Below, in pieces: positions 52,761 through 64,000 of a DNA stretch of 64,000 nt; the first letter of the stretch is position 1, and every line of letters begins with the position of its first letter. Where the stretch lies: the NCBI GenBank assembly GCA_011109175.1, contig RDEW01000047.1:326363-390362 (forward strand), given 5' to 3'. The DNA comes from Dicyema japonicum. Taxonomy: Eukaryota; Animalia; Dicyemida. Under the pieces are notes generated by a model. That model searched no databases. It worked only from the letters and a program-made list of their open reading frames with translations, and was not told the DNA's origin. The position numbers and the translations under genes are program-made.

Positions 52761-53556
52761 ATTAGTTTGTTTTTACCGTGGTCTTAGGTTGTTAAATAAA
52801 TAATCTGGTTATGTGACCCGAGGTTTTATGAAAAAGTTTGATTTATTGTCTTCCAATGTTAATATTTTTTAAACTAACATAATTCGAACTGAAACCTTTG
52901 TGTATTCAGCGTTTTTTTATTTAATGTCAATTAGCATCATGTGTATAATTATGATAAAGATCATCCTGACANNNNNNNNNNNNNNNNNNNNNNNNNNNNN
53001 NNNNNNNNNNNNNNNNNNNNNNNNNNNNNNNNNNNNNNNNNNNNNNNNNNNNNNNNNNNNNNNNNNNNNNNNNNNNNNNNNNNNNNNNNNNNNNNNNNNN
53101 NNNNNNNNNNNNNNNNNNNNTTTTTAAACTAACATAATTCGAACTGAAACCTTTGTGTATTCAGCGTTTTTTTATTTAATGTTAATTAGCATCATGTGTA
53201 TAATTATGATAAAGATCATCCTGACATATCATCTTTTGCCTGACAAAATTTGAACTCAGATATTTCGCAGTCGACAGTTCCTTAGATCAGAACTTCGGGT
53301 TTTTAATTTTCAAAGTGAACTTTTCAAGAAATTAATCAATGTATACGAGTGAATAACTAAGTTCATGACCTTTTTATTTGCCCAAGATCGTCAGGACCCG
53401 GCGTAGTCGTGCAGAATCTCTAGAGTGACTTTACTCGTAGACACGGTTCCTGGTAGTCACCAAATTCTTATTCAAAGCAATGTAAATAAAGAAAAAAAAT
53501 TAATTCAACAATTAACGAACAAATCAAAAAAGCAAGAGTCTTGCCGGAAACTAGTA

Positions 53557-54165
53557 TCACGAACGACTTCTCCTGTGTCTTCTATTGTGGGTAGCACTTC
53601 GAGGACTGCCTCTTGGTAACCTCCTTCGAACTGGAGATCTATGACGTCTGTGAGGGGATCTGGGCCTTCTTGAACGAATTGGGGAATGACGAGAATTATT
53701 ATTCCGATTTGTGCTCACCAGAGACATAAAAATTTGTCTTCCGTCGATTTGTCCCTCATTCATATGTTTGATGGCATCTTCAGCCGATGTGGGCTTCTCA
53801 AAGGTTACATAAGCGTACCCCCTGGAAAATTGAGGATGAGAAGAATCGATCGGGAAATTGATATTGAGGATATCTCCATAGACTCCAAAAATCTCTGAAA
53901 TATGTTCTTTGTTTATATTCTGAGTCAATCCACTGATGTAAACTTGAACTGCTTTTGTGGGGGGAGACACTGATCGCTTCTTTGGGGAAGGAGGTCGTTG
54001 TTTCGTTTCAACTGGACGAGAACTGACAGACTCAATAACTGCAGCAGCATCGGGAGAACTGCTTCGACTGGATGACCCGGAAGAAGTGAACGATGAACTC
54101 GAAGAACTTTTACTTCTTTCAGACGAATCTCTGCTACAGGATCTTCGTTTGTTATTTGAAGGCAT
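53557..54165 (-). CDS. RNPS1: RNA-binding protein with serine-rich domain 1 (EJC/ASAP component), intronless
   Basis: Ser-rich N-terminus; RRM (VYISGLTQNINKEHISEIF..SRGYAYVTFE..AIKHMNEGQIDG); RS/P-rich tail. Confidence 0.93.
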   Translation of the reverse strand: MPSNNKRRSCSRDSSERSKSSSSSSFTSSGSSSRSSSPDAAAVIESVSSRPVETKQRPPSPKKRSVSPPTKAVQVYISGLTQNINKEHISEIFGVYGDILNINFPIDSSHPQFSRGYAYVTFEKPTSAEDAIKHMNEGQIDGRQIFMSLVSTNRNNNSRHSPIRSRRPRSPHRRHRSPVRRRLPRGSPRSATHNRRHRRSRS

Positions 54166-54289
54166 TCAGCAAACGTTAATTATATTTTTAAATTTAGTTT
54201 TATATTAAATTTAAATATTTTAATTAATTGATCTTATTAAGACCTCTTCATTTATTTAAAATGATAAATAAATAAAATTTGTGATATAT

Positions 54290-54512
54290 CAGTCCAACGG
54301 AACAATCGCTCCCGAGGAAGATCAGAATCGGACTGGCTCGCCTACGATGTGGACACCACCCTTTTCTGGCTGGCAGAGTAGTTCGGGACTTTTTTCCCTG
54401 CCCTGGACCACCGGATGCAAAAGTCGAGGATTTCTGGGAACGGCCTGTCCGGACTGCACGCTCTCTGATGGTCGCCGGCTTCCCACTTGCTGGCGAAGCC
54501 GAGGTTAATAAT
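54290..54512 (+). mobile_element. GC-rich LINE 3'-end fragment
   Basis: Terminal hairpin CGGCTTC..GAAGCCG followed by GGTTAATAA. Confidence 0.5.
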
Positions 54513-54603
54513 TTAAATTTAATTTATACTTGTGCAGCACTAATTGCTGGACGCCTAAGGACGGTCAGCATCCTACAAGGTAGTGAGGTCTTGGTTAATC
54601 ACA

Positions 54604-55232
54604 GTGACCGGTTCTAAACGAGTGACCGGTTCTAACGCTAGGTTGAGAACGAGGCGCAAAATCGATTTAACCGTTAAAACCGTTTAACGTATGACCGAAA
54701 GTTAACCGGTTTAGACAGTTAAATCTGAGCTGTTAAGTATCGAAACCTAACAAAGCATTATTACTATTAACTTATTAACCCCGGATATACCGAGAAAGAA
54801 GTTAAAGTAAACAACTAATTAAGTGTATCCAGTTTCTATTTCTATTATTACCATCATTTCGACAGCAATGCTAACGGAGCGATTTTTCTAAAAAAATTGA
54901 AGTTTTTTTTATAATTTAAATTTATAAAAAATTTTAAATCTGAATTAATGAATGCTGAGAATAATTGAGAAATTTTAATTTCTTAATGAGTCGTTATTCT
55001 TGAGTCGTCTAGGGAATCGAATACACTAACAGGAGACCCTCGTGAGTGCTGCTGGTTATTTGAGCAAATTTCGCTCGCTATCCTGAGAGGGTATCAAGAC
55101 AGGCAGCCGGTGTATAACCGTTTACTCTCTTTTCTTTCTTTAATAAAAGTTTTATTTAAAAAAAATGCGCTAATTAATATATTCAAGTTTTACGTGAAAA
55201 TCGATTTTTGCGCCTCTTTCTCAACCGGTCAC
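54604..55232. mobile_element. MITE-like element with ~35-bp imperfect inverted termini and nested retroposon pieces
   Basis: GTGACCGGTT..GAGAACGAGGCGCAAAATCGATTT versus AAATCGATTTTTGCGCCTCTTTCTCAACCGGTCAC. Contains a family-A 3' end (54772-54842) and a CRE 3' end (54998-55150). Confidence 0.65.
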
Positions 55233-55329
55233 AATAACTAAGTTTATTAACGTCCGCAGGGTAAAGGTAATATTAAGCGACCAAAATTAAAATCGCGATA
55301 CCTCTCAAATGAAGACAGCATGGATCTCC

Positions 55330-56390
55330 GTTGATTCCAATATTGTTTAACGTGCTTACAGTGACCACCTTCCCACCCGAGTTACCCAAAACTTTATCCT
55401 TTTATCCTATTCAGTGTACAAGCAGTACATCAAGCCATGCATTTTTTGCGGTAAAAAAACCCATAAATCTACTAAAAATGTTGAGAAATCGCAGCTATTT
55501 AAAAAAGTGCATAAACAGCTACGGAGCAATGGGCTTTAGAAAAAATTGCCACTCGAAAACTATGGACTTAACCCGCCCATCGGAATACCTAACAATTCTG
55601 TAACTAAACTTTAATGGAATTTTTATACTCTCACGAAGTGGACATTAAATTAATGCAGGAAAATCGATTCTCACAACCACGTCCTACTCCTTTATTCAAA
55701 GGATTCTCATCTATTCGCATGGACCGTCATAATGGGACGAACGGAGGAGGGGTTATCACATTCGTGAAATTATCTCCTTCAATAATAAAACCGAATCAAC
55801 ACGCTCCAGATTTCTATCAGATCCCCATTTGGAGGTTATCTCGATGCTGATGACAATCAACAAGGTGGCGTAAACAATCACCAACCTATATATTCCCTTT
55901 CCTCCAAGTTGTTCGAAAGGATAAAAACCTGACCTTTTTGGATCTCGTCCTTGAAGAATATAATCGTGTGCGGGGACTTTAATACCAGGAATCCTCTATG
56001 GTCTGCCGGTGAGAAACCGGATCGACAAGCGGAATATGTCTCGTCGGAGATTGAAAGCCTCGTCGTCATAAATGACCCTCTGTAACAACTCCCCTGATAT
56101 CTCTAGTTGTCCTGCTCAGACTTTCCATCTGATCACAGCTCGACATTGTTGAAGGTCAAAACATTCAATCAAAGTCGATTCGCTAAAAAAATCAACTAGA
56201 AATGTTCAAAATTGAACAGTGCTTTTCGGACTTTACAGTCAAAAATTTCCGCTCGGTTGATTCTGCAATTAAAGTCTTCAACAAATGCATAGTCACAGCA
56301 GACAGAAAATACGTTCTCAGGGTATTCACCTCAGGGGTAAAACAACTCATTGATTCTAGGAGAAAATTTCCCCGGGACCTCAGGTGAACA
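55330..56390 (+). mobile_element. Decayed LINE 5' half (Cys/His finger-like region + APE)
   Basis: PCIFCGK..KKC..NCH; LTIL*LN, LMQE, GGGVITFVK, CGDFN..PLW, SDH. Confidence 0.7.
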
Positions 56391-57213
56391 TCAGAGACTT
56401 GTGGAAGCGTCCAGCACTATAAATTCGTTAAGCATCTTAGGTATTGAGAAACATTGTTTTCTCATGGACTATTCAAGGTGCTCAGGAGTAGGTTCGGCCT
56501 AAAGCATTAAAGCAAAAATTAATGAACTTAAATATAAAATAGTTATTAAAGTCATATCAATTTGTATGTATGATAGCTGCCTGTGTTCGAAGCCTACAAT
56601 GTGCTCATTGCGTATCAGTTTTTACTTTAAAAAATAGTTTTCTAATGAGAAAAATATTCGGAATAAGAGCTCAGAATCTAAACATGAAAATTTGTCAACT
56701 TCCTCAATGCAGACGTACTTTATTAGACAATTGCAGACTATAAAAGTTATCTTAGTAGTTATATTAATTTATGTTTGGCAACTGGTTGGGAGAGAAAGGT
56801 ATTTCGCTGTTAGTCAGCCTATAATTTTTTTTGAAAAAAAAATTTTTTTGCAATTTGAACTAACTATTTCTATCCCAAGTGGTTTTCCTGCAAATCTTAT
56901 AGCACTTTAAGTCAAATGGTCATTTAAGGTTTATCTAACAAAAACAAACTCTCATCATTAATGGTGCGAAATAAGGCTTTGCTAAGAAGGGACAGAGCGA
57001 AATCCGTCGATCAAGTAGGTAGCGGACGCTCTATTTATAAAGCACAGTTATGATAATCAATTCAAGATATCTAGCGCATTCTAGTAAATTAATTAACTTT
57101 ATATATTAAAATTTAATTATTTTTAAAGTAAATATCAAATTTGAATCCATCTTCTTGTGCGCACAATCTAGCAGCGGTAAAAAGATAGTCACTTAGGCTA
57201 AAATAACATCAAA

Positions 57214-57415
57214 TGTGACCGATTTAAATATTTCTGGCAAATAAGAGGTCCCTCATTGCCTGTAACTAACTCTACAAGCCTTCTTTCCGCCCTTCGGCAG
57301 ATAGTCCTAGAGAAGTGCAGATGGGAGGCTGAGAGCCCACCGGACTGCAATTAACTATAAAAACACAGGAATTATGAAATCCTTAAGAGGAGGGAGACTA
57401 AGACTGTGGTCGTCA
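57214..57415 (+). ncRNA. RNase P RNA-like sequence (divergent gene or pseudogene)
   Basis: Ordered motifs: GGTCCCTC (CR-I/P4), GCC-CTTC-GGC (P9), ATAGT..AGAGAA (CR-II), TGCAA..ACTAT (CR-III), GGGAGACTA (CR-V). P1, P2 and P7 pairings possible. P3 and part of CR-V are missing. Confidence 0.45.
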
Positions 57416-57989
57416 ATCCATTCTTCCAGTCTGTCCACGTGCTCATTGCTTATCATTTTATTTACTAAGAAATAACAGCCAGCTACTTTTGGGGACGTTT
57501 GGGGAGGCTATGACTGTCCCCATATCTTGAAGGTTGCACTGAATCTTAAATGACTAAAATGAAGACCGAAAGTAGTTGAGAATCTATTTTCTGTAGTTTA
57601 TGGGTGTATGAACGTGCAACGCTGCAATATATTTTAATGAAAACCCGATTGATGACGATAATTCGTCGATGGTTCCAAGAGCCTCAAATATTTTATCGGT
57701 TTTTGGCCTTCGTTCACCTGTAAATAAACTTGATTTTCCTGAGTCTCCTCTCCGAGTATAAATTTTCGAATAACGCCTAATTTAATTCGTAAATGAACCA
57801 CCTCACAAATCCCAACATTTTAATTTATTTAAAATTTATTTTCAAATTATTATTTTATAAACCTACTATATAGGCGGTAGTGAGACATCTCCCTGATTTG
57901 AAAAACGACCGGGGTCGATAAAGATTATAATTTCTTTATCAAAAGATGCACTTCATTGTACTAGTCTATGTGTCGTGTATTACAGAAAG

Positions 57990-58945
57990 GCATCACTAAC
58001 CCGGAAACGATCCTGATTGGGCCTGCACCGGGCAACTTATTTGATCCCAAAACTGGACAACCCTCAGTCTGCTACAGATTATCGACCGATAACTTGCATA
58101 CCAACCCTGTATAAACTGATGACCAAATTGGTGGCTAATGAGGTCAGGAGCTTTGTAGAAGCAATTGGGATTCTCTCCGAGAATTAGTTGGGTACTGTGC
58201 GAAATTGTCAGGTGGAAAAAAAGAAGGCTTTGATCAACAAGTGCCTTTCTTTGTCTCACGGAAACTCACTTTTGTCTATCTGGGTGGATGTGAAGAAGGC
58301 TTACGATTCAGTTGATCATTCTTACTTTGTCGAGTGCCTACACAGGCTGTGTATGCCTGTGTGGTTCATCAGTTTTGTAGTGGCAGTGATGAATAGGTTG
58401 AGTATTCATCTAAACTATAATGGGCACCGGATAGGCGAGGTAAAACTCAAGAGGGGGATCCTCTAGGGGGATAGCATGTCTCCGCTGCTCTTTGTTCTCT
58501 GTTTGGAGGCATTGAGTCGCCTCCTCAATGACCGGTTTGAGAAAATACCAGTTCATTGTGAAAAGATTTGTTTCAGTACAAATCACCTTATTTTTATCGA
58601 TGACTTGAAAATGTATGCTCGAACAGCCGAAGAGCTCTACTCCATGAGAGTCTGTGCCAGGGAATTATTTGAGAGTATAGGACTAGATTTTGAATTATTT
58701 GAAGTCTGCGACCAACAAGCAAGTATGTAGCGAGTTAATAAGACTCCTAGAGAAACACGATGGATACAAGTATCTGGGTGCTACCGAAACTCCAAAGTCC
58801 CTTATAATGCCTAAGACAAAGCGACAAATTACTGAAGGCAATTCGTAGAAAAGCAGCGTTATTATGTAAGACGTCTTTAAATCCAAGAAATTTGCCCCTA
58901 GCATTAAATGAGTATGCTGTTTCGGTGCTAAACTACTACATAGGT
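57990..58945 (+). mobile_element. R4/Dong-like LINE RT pseudogene
   Basis: DYRPITCIPTLYK, WVDVKKAYDSVDH, RGIL*GDSMSPLLF, HLIFIDDLK, YKYLG. Confidence 0.9.
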
Positions 58946-58980
58946 GTACTATAATTATTTTAATCTAAGATTAAATTTTA

Positions 58981-60440
58981 CAGTTTCTATATTTTACTAC
59001 AATAATTTTTAAATCACGTGCAGATTTTTGTTCATTTTTTGCTTGTCTTAAAGTTATCTACACCTTTTATGGGCTTAAACTACGATACAAAAGTTGAAAT
59101 TGCTAAACTTCTTTCAAAAAAGAAGCATTCAATTCGAAAACTCGCGAGAATGTTTTACACAAGTATCGGAACAATCTCTAGAATCAAGAGAAACATTGTT
59201 CCATTCACAAAAATGGACAGATTTATTCAAATGCAGAGACTTCAGAGTCAGTCACTAGTGAAAAGCATAAACTTTTGGATTCAAAAGTGTTGGATGTATT
59301 TCAACACCTAAGAAAACAAAACGTTCTCATCTCCGGACTTTAATCCAATAATCGGTATTATTGTAATTCTTAAAATCATTTTATTAAGGCTGAAATTCGC
59401 ATCTAGAATCTTATTCAAAATTTTAAGGCTTCAAACGGATGGTTAGAAAAATTCAAATCAAGACATGAACTTAAGTTCAAAACTTTGTCTGGAGAAAAAG
59501 TTTCAAGTGACAGTTCCATGATTGATGAGTTTTTAATTCAATTTAATAACAAAATTGACGAATATGGAAAACAAAACATTTTCAATTGCGACGAAACGTG
59601 TCTTTTTTTCAGACATAGTCCACTGTCTTGCTTTGCTGCAGCTATACAGGAGAAAAATTAGACCCTTTAATTATGGAAAGTTTTGTAATCTAAAATGCTT
59701 CAAAAATTTCCTCCCGTCAATCCATAATGTTGTTTATTTGTCATCCAAAACTGCATGGATGACAAAAGATGTGTTTAGATTTTGCCTTCATAGGATTAAT
59801 GAACATTTTTTATCACAAAATCGGAAAATTATTCTGCTATTGGACATTGCTGGGCCTCATAATAATCTGGAATTCTCCAAAAGATGTGTTTAGATTTTGC
59901 CTTCATAGGATTAATGAACATTTTTTATCACAAAATCGGAAAATTATTCTGCTATTGGACAATGCTGGGCCTCATAATAATCTGGAATTCTCTAACATAG
60001 AATTATTTTTCCTACCTAAAAATACAACTCCGATACTTCAGCCACTGGAGTTTGGAATTATCAAATCTTTCAAAGACCACTATTTTACATCTTTAATAGA
60101 TTTTTTATGTTTTACTGACCATNATCTTTCAAGGACTACTATTCTACATCTTTAATAGATTTTTTATGTTTTACTGACGATCAAGATTTTTTTATTGAGT
60201 CCCTAAAAAAGATAAATTTACTTCATGTGCTATTATTGATTTCTGATGCATGGAAGGAGGTTTCATCAGAAATTATTATTAATTGTTGGGAAAAAGTGCT
60301 TAGCGAACATCAACCCGAGGATTTTATGGTCATTTCATCAATGAAAAAATTGAAAAAGCTATCGAATATGTTTTAGAAGAAAATGACTGAGTCAGAGCAT
60401 AATTTTTATAATGTAATTGAGGCTGAATATGTAACTATAA
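58981..60440 (+). mobile_element. Tigger/pogo transposon, pseudogenised
   Basis: FKASNGWLEKFK, IFNCDET, AWMT, LLLDNAGPH, LPKNTTPILQPLEFGII. Confidence 0.9.
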
Positions 60441-60469
60441 GAACAGCCATTGATAACATAAATTTATTT

Positions 60470-61205
60470 ATTTATTTTATTTAACCCCAAGACCACCAGG
60501 AAATATAGGTCAAAACTAACTAATTAGGTGATCCCAGCTTCCAGCAACATCCGGATTCTTTTTAATTGGTCTTCTGGTGATCAAACCGCACCCCAGAAGC
60601 GTCTTCTCTTGCTTCTGCAAAGGAATTCTATCGGTGTGCACTTTTTTATTCCCGACCGAAATTCCTCTGCATGGGCCATTTTTTCCTTGAATGGGTTTCC
60701 CAGTTCTTTGCAGAAACGTAGGAAACCCTGGCCATTTTTCAACGTCGCCTCATCAGAAACGAGGTCGCCAATGGGATGTCCATGTGGTGCATAATTCTCC
60801 GCCCGAGGGAGCTCAAACGGTCTACTCTCGAAGGAGGAATCGCAAACCTCCAGGCGATGCAGGCATATTCAATGGTTGGTACGATGACTTGTTGATAAAC
60901 CTTGCTGATGCAGTCGGCCAGTGGGAGAGGGCTCTTCTTTATCATCGCATTCAGAATGTTTCATTTCCGATAACCCTTGGCGATCACCTCCTCTACGTGA
61001 CTCGAGAACGTCAACAAAGAGTTGAAAACTACACCAAGGATCTTCTGGGTCCGTGTAGAAGAGATGGGAGTGTTTCCGCCCATCTTTAAACTTTCTGACC
61101 GTTGTGAATAATGTGAACTGAGACTTAAATGCTGATACTCATAACGTATTTGCAGATAGCCAGTCACAAATTCGGTTTAGGAGTGTCTGAACAGTTGCTA
61201 CAGCC
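60470..61205 (-). mobile_element. 5'-truncated LINE, same family as 48727-51470
   Basis: Reverse complement aligns with 50980-51466 and supplies the family 3' end. Confidence 0.9.
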
Positions 61206-62404
61206 ATAACATAAATAAAGTTGAGGAAAACAATTTAAATATGTTGCTGGATTGTCTTAAAGATTTTTATTATTTTAGAAAAATATTCATGCGCAATTTA
61301 AAATTTAAATATGGCTATGGACAAAAAATTACTGATTACTTTAAACAATGTTAATTTTCTGTAAATTCTAAGGTTTTTAGTCAACGAAGTATTTTTATAT
61401 ACTCAATAATAACAAATTTTTGTACGACTATGGAGTAACTTCTATTTTTGGAACATTTGTTGTTCCAAATGTAGGTTAGACTTTATAGGGTTGAAAAATG
61501 ACGTCTTCGCCCAATCCAGGTATGGAATTTTTATCTTTTAAACACTGCTTTTCGATCGTTCCCTCTGAGATTGTAGTCTTCTAGAATTTTTCAGTAAAAA
61601 TTATCCTACATTTAATTTTTTCTATCCGATTTCTATCATGTTAGATTATTTTTTATTTATAAAAGTTATGATTATCAAGATTTTATTTTTTATATCGGAA
61701 AACCTAAATTTCTAGCGTGTGTTACTCTTTATGCTCCCACTACTTCATCAAGTGCCCTTTTTTACTTTAGTTTCCTGAAGGCAGGCTACAGAAACTTCAT
61801 AACGACTAAAATTATCCCTTAATTGTGGCCTTTGCAGTTAGGTCGCAATTATTCTCACATTGAATGTCATTAGCACGAGTTCTCTAGGGTGTGTATTAGT
61901 CATAGTGCAAAAAAAGGGACGTCACCACTTCAACCAAGAAACGCTGCATCAATTATAGTGAGATTTAATAATTAACGTCAAATTTTGATTTATCAAGATT
62001 AATTTAATATTTATTTTTAAATATTGTTTTACAATATGGCGAACCTTTTAATGCATTTAGCGTTAAGTTCCCACGTTGTTGTGGTTGTAGTGGTTGTCGT
62101 GTGTTATCTGTTTTATCGTATTTCTTACTGTGTTGTATATTCTGTAATATTCTATTAATATATTATTGGATTAATCATATAGTGTCGAAGGCGGTTATCA
62201 AAATGTCTAGTATCTATATATTTAGATGACCTATTAATATGGATTGTTCCTCACTATTTGATTTGTCTTATCACTTTAAAGTATAATAATGAAACTTTTA
62301 CATTAGAGTCATAATATTTATTGTTTTTTATTTTTAATGAAAGAATGATTTATTATTATTTTACAAAAAACAACCAACATTTTGGATAATTTTATCGAGA
62401 TATC

Positions 62405-62640
62405 ACAGTTGTTTTTTTATATTTTCTTATATTCAAAAAGCCGTTGTTTATATATATATTTTTTGTATTCAAGAAGCAGTTGTTTTTATATTTTTTTGTA
62501 TTCTAGAAGTCGTTGTTTTTAGAAGCCGTTGTTTTTATATTTTTTTACATTCTCGAAGCCGTTGTTTTTATATTTTTTATATTCAAGAAGTCGTTGTTTT
62601 TATATTTTTTTATATTCAAGAAGCCTTTGTATTTATATAT
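62405..62640. repeat. AT-rich minisatellite, ~31-34 bp unit
   Basis: Tandem TATTC(A/T)(A/C)GAAGCCGTTGTTTTTATATTTTTT units. Confidence 0.85.
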
Positions 62641-62644
62641 TTAT

Positions 62645-63400
62645 TTATTTAATAACCCTAAAAGGGAACACCAAGAAAGAAGGAGTAAACCAACTAATTA
62701 AGTGACCCCGGTAGGTTTCCACAGGATCGAGAGGTTTTTCTTATGTTCCTACAGAGTACCCACGGCTGTCCTGAATAGACGACGATCATCTTTCATCAGA
62801 GTTTGAAGAGGAGTGGGTTTTTTCCTCAAATTTTGTGTATTTGAAGCTTCTTGCCTTGAATGGAAGAAACGACTTGTTTCTTGGCCAGACAGACCGATGA
62901 AGTCGGAGCCATTATTTTTCATTGCGGCGTGGTCAAACATTGAGGGGAAAAAATCGGGGGTAGATTCGTTAGACGTGCCAGTTTGCCAATTCGGGAATAT
63001 ATCTTGAGTGGATTTAATATCAAAGCTCCATAGGCCCATGAGGCACAAGCATACTCTATCATCCGTTTTAGGAATTGATTGAACAAGACGACAGCGCATT
63101 CCTGTGACGCCCTGGACTTTAAGAGCGGTTTGATTATATTTAGTTAACTGAGACCATTTGTCAAAACGTTTATCACATGTCTGAGAAAATGTCATCAAAT
63201 GGTCAAATGTCAATCTCAGGATAGTTGGACGAATCTGTAATGGTGAGGAGTCTCTTTAAATGTGTAAATCCAGTGTATGTTTTTCTTTCCTGTTCGTGAT
63301 GAAGATTGTATACGTTGATTTATCCCTGGATGTGGAGAGACGATTCAACTTCAATCAGGCTCCCAGTACGTCAATATGTGACTGAAGCTTTGAATTTGCT
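62645..63400 (-). mobile_element. 5'-truncated Ingi/Vingi-like LINE inserted in the minisatellite
   Basis: PTILRLTFDHLMTFS..ALKV RT tail; family 3' end at 62648-62704. Confidence 0.75.
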
Positions 63401-63490
63401 GTACCCACGTATTTATATTTTTTTATTCTAGATCCGTTGTTTTCACATTTTCTTATATTAACAACAACAATTCAACAAGTAATTATGGAG

Positions 63491-63740
63491 TTAATTTAAT
63501 CGTGTCCGCCTTTGCGGACTGGACACTTCACATGTATGAGAATCCTTTCTCTTGAGGGAGTATAAAACCATCCCTCGCATCAGTCTTGGAAGAATCACAA
63601 TTCGGAAGATAAAGAGGATTGTATCGACATCCAACATTAGTTTTCTGGTGCAGAACATCGCTTGAACGGCCTTCTTCCTTCGCTCGTGATGTCCTTCCGA
63701 TACGATCCTCTTCCATCCACTGCAATCCCCAGGTATTTCA
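63491..63740 (-). mobile_element. LINE RT C-terminal fragment
   Basis: (K)YLGI-like motif and IFRIVILPRLM.G. Confidence 0.5.
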
Positions 63741-63744
63741 TGCT

Positions 63745-64000
63745 TTCTTATATTCAAGAAGCCGTTGTTTTCACATTTATTATATTCTTGAATCCGTTGT
63801 TTTTACATATATTTTTTGTATTCTCGAAGCTGTTGTTTTTATATTTATTATATTCAAGAAGCCGTTGTTTTTACATATATTTTTTGTATTCTCGAAGCCG
63901 TTGTTTTCACATTTATTATATTCTTGAAGCCGTTGTTTTTACATATATTTTTTGTATTCTCGAAGCTGTTGTTTTTATATTTTCTTTTATTCAAGAAGCC
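63745..64000. repeat. Continuation of the 31-34 bp minisatellite
   Basis: About eight tandem units running to the window edge. Confidence 0.9.

Noticed and set aside
62405-64000. CRISPR array
   Set aside because: Units are contiguous with no unique spacers, there are no cas genes, and the context is eukaryotic.

Overview
AT-rich eukaryotic (animal-like) genomic scaffold with four N gaps (2697-2959, 25679-25751, 27285-27380, 52972-53120) and many single-n joins. Ten compact host genes can be reconstructed by hand. Nine are split by very short (mostly 20-29 nt) spliceosomal introns, so the ORF track shows only fragments: an UNC93/MFSD11-like transporter, a SAP+RING E3 ligase, SBDS, CFAP300, a four-CTLD C-type lectin receptor, P5A-ATPase ATP13A1, Lines (LINS1), ADSL and HUS1. 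RNPS1 is intronless. Standard genetic code, ~22-nt introns, a motile-cilia gene and metazoan genes suggest a dicyemid (Dicyema) genome; this is inference. The rest is mostly decayed transposons: RTE, CRE, R4/Dong-like, I-clade and Ingi/Vingi-like LINEs, Tigger/pogo and hAT DNA transposons, and a minisatellite. The most interesting signal is a retroelement system. Ingi/Vingi-like LINEs carry a covarying double-pseudoknot RNA fold with HDV-ribozyme-like topology but a non-canonical core, followed by a 2A (stop-go) peptide ahead of the endonuclease. A ~310-bp non-autonomous element with target-site duplications is built from the same 5' fold and the same 3' end. A ~200-nt RNase P RNA-like sequence at 57214-57415 is a second candidate. 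All calls come from reading the sequence by eye; no searches were run.
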